Origin: Macrostomum lignano
Taxonomy: Eukaryota
Reading direction: 5' to 3'
DNA length: 59,584 bases
NCBI GenBank assembly: GCA_002269645.1
Contig: NIVC01001417.1
Location: 1 to 59,584 of the forward strand
A program made the position numbers and the translations under genes. How positions within the stretch are numbered: the first letter of the stretch is position 1; each line of letters starts with the position of its first letter. The notes beneath the pieces were generated by a model. The model was given only the letters and a program-made list of their open reading frames with translations, was not told the origin of the DNA and searched no databases. Positions 1 to 9,571 of this stretch are shown piece after piece.

Positions 1-709
1 TTCCCCTTTTAGCGCAACACGTGAATTGTCATGATACTATTTTGGATCAAAAACTTGTCTATAATACAAGCGATCTGAAGCGGTACCGGAGCCATTCTCC
101 CACGGAAGAGGAGCGCTCCGAAGAGGAAGCCTTAGGAGGACTTCCTGATCTACCAAGTCAATCGAGACTCGGTCGAGTTGTTGGCGGTAAGCCTTATATT
201 GCGCCCGTTGTGTTAGAGACGTCTCGCTCAAGTCTATTGAGACTTGAGTCTAATTGAGTCTGTTGAGAACTCTTGAGTCTGTTTAGACTCCATTGGTTGC
301 AGTCTCCAGAAGGACTGCCCCTGATAGATCTTAGAGGACTATCAGTGGTTTCCGGAGCTATACCTAGAGTGCATAGAGGCACTGCTAGAAGAAGGAGGCT
401 TAATTTAGACGGCAGTTTGGCGCAGGGTACCCATTGTTGCTACGAGGCGCTCTGATTGGTCCTGACGCGAAGATACCGGCCGGAAGAACTTATCGGAAGT
501 ACAAGAGGAACCAGGACCAGAGCAACTGAAGAATCAAGGCGCCTGATCTACGAGATCTACTGACAAGTTCCTAGCGAGAACTACTCAAGAAATTCAAATC
601 CGGATTAAAGGTAATTGAATACCTTCGTTTGACTTACTGGTTGCCTAGCTGTTGAGCTAGAAGTGATTGTCCTTGATTATCGAAAAGTCGGGTAATAAGG
701 AACACATCA
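1..709 (+). repeat. 5' LTR (partial; about 153 bp lie left of the window)
   Basis: Base 1 aligns to 9725 of the 3' LTR; the shared sequence ends at ...GGTAATAAGGAACACATCA (709), followed by the PBS. Confidence 0.95.
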
Positions 710-711
710 AT

Positions 712-725
712 TGGTGATCTCGCCC
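712..725 (+). promoter_or_regulatory. Primer-binding site TGGTGATCTCGCCC (probably tRNA-Val)
   Basis: Starts with TGG 2 nt after the LTR CA end. Its complement GGGCGAGATCACCA resembles eukaryotic tRNA-Val 3' ends (from memory, not searched). Confidence 0.8.
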
Positions 726-1218
726 TCTCGGCACTACTCAAACCTTGAGCAATAGCCTGGCCAAGCTATTGTAAAGTGACGACAGAGCGACTTCATTAAT
801 TTTGCGCGCACGTGTTAGAGTTAACACTTTTTAAGTCCGTTACGTTTTGAAACTCGAGTAAAATTTGGTGTACAGGTTTGAGCACCTGTCAAATTTGAGT
901 ACAGTTTGAGCACGCGTGTTAAATTTTGTTTTAACGAGCTCGAGCAAGTGTGAGTTAAAATAAAACCGAAATTAAATTCATCGGTACACTGAAAACAAAC
1001 CAAAAATAAAAAGAATCGTCGACGCAAAACAAACAAAAAATAACTGAAACATTTTGCCGGCACAAAAACTAAAACAAAACCGAAATTAATTGAAACTTCG
1101 TGGAGAGCAGAGTTAATTGACAAAAGAGAGAGAGTCAAAGAAGAGAAGAAAGACTTTGCAAAGCAAGAAGACAAGTCCACTTCAACTTGAAGATACACTT
1201 TGCGGCGACGCCGCATAA

Positions 1219-2421
1219 GTGCGAAATCAGCAAGCGAACAGAACAAGTTCATTTGAGGACAACCAGTGGCAGCAAGCCACACCGCATCCGAGGCCAGCGA
1301 ATAACAAATCGACACCACAAGGCAATTCGTTACAGTCGAGGTTTATTCCGAGGCAAACACCACACTGGACGATCGCGTTACAAATCGATCCAGATCTTGA
1401 AACTACCGTTCTACCTCTATCAACAACATGGCGCGGCGCAAATCCAACGGTACACAGAGACATCAAAGAAACGGTCGGTACTTTCTCGATGGAGAAAGAT
1501 TTTAACACATTTGTCGACCATTTTGACCTGGTATGTAGGGAATACAACCTACAAAATCCAGAGAAGGCACAGCTGCTGCCACCTCTTCTCCAAGGTACTG
1601 CGCGAGAAATTTACGGCAAGCTGGATGCGGCAACACAGCAAAATTATCCAGCACTAATCATTCAACTGCGCGCGCATTTCAACCGTTGCGGCACAAACAG
1701 ATCAGTGCTGCTGCACAAGTTGCATAAAGAAGGATGCAAGCAACAGAATCCTTCCTCGCCTTTGTGGACGATAATCCGCCAGATAATTAAGGCACTGCAT
1801 CAGCCACCGCTGCAAGCTGCGGACAACCACCACTGGGAGCGGCAGAATTGGCCGCCAGAGAAAGACAACGATTGATGGATCGCGAACAAAACCTCATCCT
1901 GCACGTAATAAACAACGCACAGCGTCACTTCGGGATAGACTTTTGCTTTTGACGTGAAAATATCGAAACCGAAGAAGACCTTTTGCGGTGCGGAATGCAG
2001 TGGGAAGCCAGTGCCCATTAATGACGACAGGCAACAATGAAGTGCAGAAACTGACGCAGCAATTAAACAAGTTAATGCAGCACCAGACAGCTGCTATCGC
2101 CGAACAAAAAAGACGAAATGAACAAGCCTCAGCCAGATGTTACTACTGCGGACAAGAAGGACATTATCAGATTAATTGTCCTCATTGGTCAACAAGATAC
2201 GACAAGCCGCGACAGATATTCAACAATCAGAAGCCGCAGAAACCATGGCAGCAATATCAAAATCGCCAACAACAAGGCATAAGACGCTTCGGAAATGATA
2301 GACGCTTCGGAAATAATGACCGCTCCGGAAATGATGGCCGCTTCGGAAACGAAGGCCGCTTCAGAATAATGGCTACAGGCCACGCAACGTCAGATACACA
2401 CAAAGACAGCCGACGCAAGCA
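1219..2421 (+). CDS. gag: Gag (capsid plus CCHC nucleocapsid), broken by several 1-nt indels; true start not resolved
   Basis: Gypsy CA-like segment FSMEKDFNTFVDHFDLVCREYNLQNPEKAQLLPPLLQGTAREIYGKL; zinc knuckle CYYCGQEGHYQINC at 2138-2179; RFGND repeats after it. Base 1219 is a GTG from the ORF track, not an ATG. Confidence 0.85.
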
Positions 2422-3283
2422 ATGCCACGATACGCGAATGCCATCACGTACACACCGGAAAATGAACAGCAAGAACAGCAAGTGTTCACAATTGACGACT
2501 TGGAAATGGACTTCACAGTCCCGGAACTTGACATCAGCTTGATCGAAAAGAAGACGACGCACGAGGACAACACTGACAACACAGAAGAGACGAATGAAAC
2601 CGAAATGATCAAATTAAAAGAGACCACCGGAGACAGCAGAGAAAACAGGAAGAAAGTAAATCACAAGACAAGGGAGGAGGCGGAGAGCGACATCGGCAAC
2701 GAAGAAAAGATGAAACCGGCGAAGAAAACAACTATGAATCGACAACAGTGGATGACGACAAAACGAGCATGAAAGACAAAGAAATGAAAGAAGAAGAAGA
2801 ATGTAGAAGTTACGGCAACGACCACGACTGCGAGGTGCGTGATGACACGAACGACTACCAAGCCGAAAGAGGAATGCAGGAAGAACGAGAGCGGAGAATC
2901 TAAGTTCCGACAGCGATCAAGGCTACGAAATACAATGGAAAGATGAAGAAATGGAAAAAGAACAGGTGAAAGAAAAGCCGAGTTCCGACAGCGACGAATG
3001 CTACGAGATCCGATACAAACGAAATGGTGAAGCCTATATTCAAACGGTCGACTACAAGACAGAGAAAAGATACCAAACGCAATGGAGTGAAACAACGGAA
3101 ACATCGGAAGAAGCCGCAGACGAAGATAATGAAATAACCAAAAAGCAAAGCGAATCAGAAGCCTTCCGCCTGGATCAGCCAATGGAACAACCGAAAGAAT
3201 ATGATGCGGACATGGAAGATAACGAATGGCGATCGCAGCCAATGCCAGCAAGGACAACGGCAAAATCCAAGAAGTGGAAAAAC
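2422..3283 (+). CDS. Acidic low-complexity spacer between Gag NC and the Env signal sequence (frameshifted in assembly)
   Basis: E/D/T/K-rich reading frames chain across 2422-2772, about 2745-2900 and 2890-3283; duplicated motif SSDSDQGYEIQW / SSDSDECYEIRY. Confidence 0.65.
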
Positions 3284-5349
3284 TGGCTATTCTGGATCAT
3301 CGTGATACTACTGATAGCAGTAGTCGCCAAAGCAACGGCAACGGAAAAGCCAATGATTTGTCCAACGGATGCGCATATCCAACCGATGATCTACAAGATA
3401 CCAACCGACATCAAATGCAGTTACTTCAAGACAAACCAGACAAAACCAAAGAAGATTACACTCGATCTCTACAAGGCTAACATCAAGAAGCATCGACAAC
3501 ACGGGATAGTATGCTTCAGAGACAAGCACCTGGTGGAAAAAGTTTGGCGCGGACAATGGAACCGGATCCGATTTAAACAACATGAGCTACATGTGTCGCA
3601 CGCGGAATGCCTACAATGGAATCAAACACTATTTTCAAAGGATGGTGAACTGGAACCAGATGAGAAGGTCGGCAACGCACAGCTGTTCAGAACAAAGAAT
3701 TCAGCCAACGGTCGATATATTCACTTCTTCGGAAAATGGAAAGAATATATGGCACGCAACAGCTACTTGATCAGAAATATTCCATTCTACTACAATCCGT
3801 ACGAGAAAATGGAATCGTTACAGCTGCAACTAAGCGAATGTCGATACAGTGAAGGATGGTGTCCAACGCCGATTCTACGGAAGGAAGAACTACACAGTCT
3901 ACCACTGAGTCCAACATATCATCAAGACTATCGATGGCAGATTGAGCACAGAGCACAATCACACTATGAGGAACCGTACAAATCACGACAATATTTCTTC
4001 GCATGTGAAGTTGAGCCGGAAATTGACTGCAAGCTTCAAAAGTATCACACAGTGAAGGAGGACTACTGTCAAATACGTTTTTGGCAAAGTCAGGAGACTT
4101 GGCACTGACGTTTCAAAAGAAACCAGTCGAGCAAAAACTGAAATGCAAGGATACAGACAAGACACTATTCATCTCGGACAAGAATACCAGTCTACGTAAA
4201 GGATGAAGACAAACAAACCTTCTGGCAATCATCAATGGAACGTATCAGCAACAAACAGAGAGACAACGACGCGACATCGAACGTCCAAACTGGTGTCAAA
4301 CCGCTGTGTCAGCAAAGATAACGGCTTTGGATCACAATCTGCATAACCAGTTAAACCACTTGCATCGAACACTGGTTCAGCTAACTTGCAAAATGCACGC
4401 AATCAACTTAAATTATGCAGACAACTACTATGTCAACCCTACGATGACATTTCGCAAATCACGGAATGAGAACGTTTGGCATTCCAATATACGAGCATCT
4501 GTTGATATACAAGTGCACGCCGATACAGCACTTTAACATCTTGCCGTCGAACACGTCAACAACTTGCTACGACAAGCCAAGATTGAAGCGTTCTACGAAG
4601 GAAAAGATTCAGGATTCTTGGACACGGTACACAACATCATCGTTGGCACCGCAATACCGAGACCTTGCACCACGGCAGTAAACTACTATCAACTGGACAA
4701 TGCACTACACGTCATCAAAACAACTGGAACGACAGCAAACGTCACAGAACCGGAAGTAATCGTCGACGAAAACTACGACATGGAGGATTTGAAAATCCGA
4801 TTCAACAGAACGAAGTATACGCCATTCGCCGATATCCAACTTGACGAGATAACACCAGGATGGACGATCAACGACTTCTTGCAAGCGTTCATCACCCAAC
4901 GCAAGATGATTCACCAGCTGTTCACAAGAAAGGACAAAGGAACCGGGACAGGAAGATTTCCCGTCCTTGTTTCAATGGACAGCGCCATCAAATCATTTTG
5001 GACAAATAGCTTCTGGGAGCTGCTCAATGGAAGAGGCAGTCTCTATCAAGGATTCATCTTCTACGGTGCTTGCATTGTGTGGATTGTCACGGCAATCTTC
5101 ATCATTTCATCGATCGTACGGTGCTTCAGTCAAACTTGTCCAAGAGCTAAGAAGACAGTGAATGCCATAATGCAAAGAACGACAACGGAAAGCGACAACA
5201 GTTTAGAACTAACAGAAACTGCACATTGTGAGGTTCAAGGGCAACCGACACTAGCAACGCGGCTATATCCATCGATTCCGACAACACCAACGGCACCAAG
5301 GATACAACCACCCAACTATCAAGCAGAACAGCACGAGCCAAAATGGCCG
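3284..5349 (+). CDS. env: Envelope glycoprotein, class III fusogen (herpesvirus gB-like), with TM and cytoplasmic tail; several 1-nt frameshifts
   Basis: Hydrophobic signal WLFWIIVILLIAVVAKATA (3284-3340); Cys-containing ectodomain; RQRR furin site (4261-4272); gB-like helix/NPT, C-T-P, CYxxP and PC motifs; TM FIFYGACIVWIVTAIFIISSIV (5053-5118). Confidence 0.85.
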
Positions 5350-5690
5350 GAAAACTACGTCTGTACGCTACACGCCGAGATTGGCAAAGCAATGGCTCAG
5401 GTCATTGTCAACAACTTGCCATGTCGAGCACTACTGGATTCAGGCAGCTCGATCACAGTCATCTCGCAACAATTATGCAACAAGCTACGACTCGCGGTAC
5501 GACCAGCAGCAATCGCAGTTGCAGGAGCAGGAGGACATTCGCTCAACATCCTAGGAAAAGCAGATATACTTGAAAATTGCTAATAAACAGCTGACGGTCC
5601 CGACGTACATCATCGACAGACTACCAAACCAAGACGTCATCGTTGGAATCGACACGTTCAAACAGCTTCACTACCATTGACCTTCGACTT
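5350..5690 (+). CDS. pro: Aspartic protease, in frame with the Env C-terminus
   Basis: ALLDSGSSITVIS (DSG at 5437-5445), flap VAGAGGHSL, and DVIVGID in the adjacent frame after a 1-nt shift near 5570. Confidence 0.92.
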
Positions 5691-7650
5691 CAACAAGCAA
5701 ACGTTTAGGATCGACGCGGTGGAGCAACCGCTGATCAATCAGATTCGAGTACTACCGAAAGTAACTCTGCAGCAAGATGTCATCATCCAGCCTGAAAGCG
5801 CATGCTGGGTCAGAGCGAAAACGACCAGCGCGGCAGATGAAGCAATGATATTTGATCCACACAGGAGAGTCACGGCAAAACATCAAATCATGATGCCTAC
5901 GGCACTAGTGCTGGTTGCAAAGGATAAGCAACTGCCAGTACAAATCTTCAACCCGAACACAGAAACGGTTCATCTACGACAAGGAATGTGCATCGGTCAT
6001 CTCAACACCCAAGCATCGGTTATGCTGATTGAACAAGCGACTCCACGACTAACAGAGGAAGAATTTCAAAAGAAGATCAATTTGGATGACAGCCCGATTA
6101 CGGAACAGCAAAAGAGGAAAGTTCGACAGCTGTTGTGGAAGTACAACGAAGCCTTCTGCCATCATGATTACGACATCGGACGAGCCAAGGACATCAAACA
6201 GGAAATCAAACTTCTGCCGCACACGGAACCAATTCAGTGCAAGCCGTACCCGATCGCCAAGCATCTGCAACAACACTTTGACGAAATCATCGATAAAATG
6301 CTAAAGCACGGCATCATCAGCAAAGCTATTTCGGCTTACTCCTCACCGTGCCTACTGGTACAGAAGAAGGAGACAAACGAAAGACGACTCGTATGCGACT
6401 TCAGACTGTTGAACAAGTACATACCGACGGATCAGCAAAGCCTACCGAAGATCTCCGAACTACTAGCAAAGCTCAACACGGCAAAATTGTTCACGGTGTT
6501 CGACCTACGTCATGGATTTTGGCAAATTGAAATCGAGAAAGAGTCACGACAGTACACGGCTTTCAAAACCTACAATGGACAAGTATACGAGTACAATCGA
6601 TCGCCGATGGGACTTAGCAACAGCCCAGCAACGATGAGTCGACTAACAGCATACATGCTAGCAGGATGCACGAACCTGCTGCACTATGTCGACGACATTT
6701 TAGCCTACGGAGAGGATTTCGAGCGACTCTACGAAGCTACGGAGAAGGCCCTAGCGCTCATTCAACGCCAAGGTCTGAAGCTACAACCAACTAAATGCAA
6801 ATTCTTCCGAGACAACGTGCGTTACCTGGGACATCAGGTGACAGCCAAAGGAATCTCACCGGACCCAGACAACGTGGAAAAGGTGAAGAAGTTTCCTACG
6901 CCAACCAGTATAACGAAGGTCCAATCATTCCTTGGACTTGCGCAATACTTCAGGAAGTTCTTACCTAACTTCGCAAAGACAGCAAAGCCACTGTACGACC
7001 TGCTCAAGTTCGACAAATGGAAGCAAGACAACTGGACACAGAGACAACAGGAAAGTTTCGACGAAATCAAACGACAGCTGACATCAGACGCACTGCTACA
7101 GCATCCGGACTTCGACAAGCCCTTCATCATCGAGACAGACGCCTCAGGAACGGGACTCGGAGCAGTCCTACTACAGGAAACCGAGGACAAGAAGGAACGA
7201 CCTATTGCTTACGTCAGTCGAGCACTCAAACCAAATGAGACAAAGTGGTCAGCTACGGAACGAGAGCTACTAGGAGTCTTGTTCGCCCTGCGACAGTTTC
7301 ATTACTACATCTATGGTTCTCCAATACAGACGATAGTACGCACGGATCATGCACCATTGACCTACGTCGTAACTACAAAAGGACAGACCAACAACCGACT
7401 CATCAGGATGACACTCAAGATCCAGGATTACAACTACAAACTCGTCTACAAACCAGGAATTACCAACAAAGCCGCGGACGCCCTGTCAAGAGCCTATGAA
7501 GTCAACGCCATTCATCCAATCCCTAACATCAAGGAGTTGGTGGATGAAACCGAGCGCGACAACTTCTACCAAGCGGTTAAAGACGACGACAAGAACATCA
7601 AACTCAGCCCATGGAACGAAAATTCCTACGCAAGCAACGACAACACCTAA
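5677..7650 (+). CDS. pol: Pol: pre-RT domain, reverse transcriptase and RNase H
   Basis: SSPCLLVQKK, RLVCDFRLLN, DLRHGFWQI, PMGLSNSPA, HYVDDIL (6685-6696), YLGH; RNase H ETDASGTGLGAVL, ERELLGV, TDHAPL, ADALSR. Confidence 0.97.
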   Translation: MTFDFNKQTFRIDAVEQPLINQIRVLPKVTLQQDVIIQPESACWVRAKTTSAADEAMIFDPHRRVTAKHQIMMPTALVLVAKDKQLPVQIFNPNTETVHLRQGMCIGHLNTQASVMLIEQATPRLTEEEFQKKINLDDSPITEQQKRKVRQLLWKYNEAFCHHDYDIGRAKDIKQEIKLLPHTEPIQCKPYPIAKHLQQHFDEIIDKMLKHGIISKAISAYSSPCLLVQKKETNERRLVCDFRLLNKYIPTDQQSLPKISELLAKLNTAKLFTVFDLRHGFWQIEIEKESRQYTAFKTYNGQVYEYNRSPMGLSNSPATMSRLTAYMLAGCTNLLHYVDDILAYGEDFERLYEATEKALALIQRQGLKLQPTKCKFFRDNVRYLGHQVTAKGISPDPDNVEKVKKFPTPTSITKVQSFLGLAQYFRKFLPNFAKTAKPLYDLLKFDKWKQDNWTQRQQESFDEIKRQLTSDALLQHPDFDKPFIIETDASGTGLGAVLLQETEDKKERPIAYVSRALKPNETKWSATERELLGVLFALRQFHYYIYGSPIQTIVRTDHAPLTYVVTTKGQTNNRLIRMTLKIQDYNYKLVYKPGITNKAADALSRAYEVNAIHPIPNIKELVDETERDNFYQAVKDDDKNIKLSPWNENSYASNDNT

Positions 7651-8896
7651 CAATCAATAAGTCACGGCTCTACTGGATGAGCGACAATAAACCCAAGATC
7701 TACATACCATATTCGTTTCGGCAAGCAATTCTCAACGAGCTACACGACAACCCACTCGCTGGACACCTGTCGGCACAAAGACCATCGCGAGAGTGGAACA
7801 ATACTACTTTTGGCCAACTATGTACGGCGACATCAAGCAGTATTGCAACAACTGCCATTCATGTGCTGCATCAAAGACAGGACGACGACAGAAACCGCAG
7901 CTACAGTCCATTCCGAAGTCGACTACAATGGACTGTCTAAGCATCGACATCACCGGACCGCTACCACCGAGCTGTCTCCAGGGCATCGCCTACACCTACA
8001 TTCTAACCGCCTTGGATATCTTCTCGAAGTTTGCTATCGCCATACCGATACCGGACATCACAGCTCAGACAGTGGCAATGAGTTTCTTCAACGAAATCAT
8101 TTGCAAGTACGGCACGCCGAAGAACCTCACATCGGACAACGGATCGCAGTTTACATCGCAACTGTTTCAGCAAGTCGTAAGGATTCTCAACATTACGCAG
8201 ATCTACACATCGACCTACAATCCGAAGGCAAACATGGTTGAACGGTTTCACCGCAACCTGCACGAGATGATTACACATTTCGCGCACCAACAGCCGGAAG
8301 ACTGGATCATCTACCTGCAATCTGTAACAATGGCCTACAACAGCGCTATTCATCGATCAACGGACAATACGCCATTCTTCCTAATGTTTGGACGAGACTT
8401 CCAACCGCCGAATCTGCTCGCACAGCAATTGCTACCATCGCAGTACGTGGAAGTACCGACTTCCATTCAGAAATTCGTCACGCAACTACACCTCGCATGG
8501 AAGATCGCCAAGCACAACATTGACAACCAGGTGGCTCTGACCACCGGCAACGACGCGAGATCGACAACCCTGACGGCCGGCGACATCGTCTACCTACACT
8601 ACCCGCCACAGCAGACGCATAAACATGCACAGAAGTACAAAGGACCCTATCGAGTGGTCCAACTAACGTCACCAACAACGGCACGCCTGGCTAATGTACA
8701 AGATCCACATCAGCACCAGTTCTACGTACACATTCATCGACTAAAGAAGATCAACACTGACACAGCGACGTTTCTACCGACATTAGACAACGCTGATCGC
8801 ACGCGTTCAACGAACCGCCACATCGCGACGAAGCACGAGGAGACTCAAACGACAGATGTGAGCCAGCCACATGGCTACAACCTACGACCACGCTAG
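7611..8896 (+). CDS. int: Integrase (HHCC zinc domain, DDE core, GPY/F motif); one 1-nt frameshift near 7780
   Basis: HDNPLAGH...CNNCHSC; IDITGPL, SDNGSQF, VERFHRNL; KYKGPYRVV; C-terminal HGYNLRPR then TAG. Confidence 0.95.
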
Positions 8897-9016
8897 AGTT
8901 TAGAGAACAACCCCGTGTAGTGACCGGGATAAAGAATAGCACTACAGCTTCGCAAGCTTGTCGTAAAAGGCGACTAATCCGAGCGACACAAAGACAGCGA
9001 CAAATTGACGACAATT

Positions 9017-9391
9017 ATGGGCAACGCACTGTCAAAACAGGCGCCCCAGCCTCAGCAGCTATATGACTGCCCGATATGTTTAACTGATGACTTGGCTGTC
9101 AAGCCACCGACTATTTGCATCAATGGACATAAAGTTTGCGGACAATGTTTAAGTGATTCACACTATATTCAGCCCTGGCAGAATTGTCCCCTCTGTAGAG
9201 ATAGTTTGCGACAATGTGCCTATTGTTATTCTTGGCGCACGTTTCAATATTGTAACCATCAACATTTTATTTGCATGCACTGTTTGAAGCAAACCGCTAG
9301 TAGGGGCGTTATAGGATGCCCCTTATGTAATAGTATGCCGCGAGACTGCACGTTTCGAAAGTGGTGTCGGATCAAACCTGATGCCACTTGA
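9017..9391 (+). CDS. Accessory ORF: 124-aa tandem RING-finger protein with N-myristoylation motif
   Basis: ATG at 9017 gives MGNALSKQ (MGxxxS). Two C3HC4-like arrays: CPIC..CINGHKVCGQC..CPLC and CAYC..CNHQHFICMHC..CPLC. Uninterrupted ORF inside the element. Confidence 0.85.
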   Translation: MGNALSKQAPQPQQLYDCPICLTDDLAVKPPTICINGHKVCGQCLSDSHYIQPWQNCPLCRDSLRQCAYCYSWRTFQYCNHQHFICMHCLKQTASRGVIGCPLCNSMPRDCTFRKWCRIKPDAT

Positions 9392-9556
9392 TGTCTACGC
9401 GATATTCGAGTTTTGACCGCAATATGTACTGAAAAGTTTTTAGAGTTTTGACCAAACCCTCGCTTCACTAGACGCGCACAAAATCAATTGTTTATTTCCT
9501 ATATTAACTGATCACCACAGAATTTTATTGTTAAAACTCGGGACGAGTTTTTTCGT

Positions 9557-9568
9557 AAAAAAGGGAGA
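9557..9568 (+). promoter_or_regulatory. Polypurine tract AAAAAAGGGAGA
   Basis: Purine run ending 3 nt before the TG that starts the 3' LTR at 9572. Confidence 0.85.
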
Positions 9569-9571
9569 TTT

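Noticed and set aside
21-455. Short ORFs in the LTRs (also 9733-10191)
   Set aside because: Differ between the two LTR copies by frameshifts and have no recognisable motifs
821-1318. 165-aa antisense ORF over the 5' leader of gag
   Set aside because: Composition mirrors the A-rich sense strand; no domain evidence
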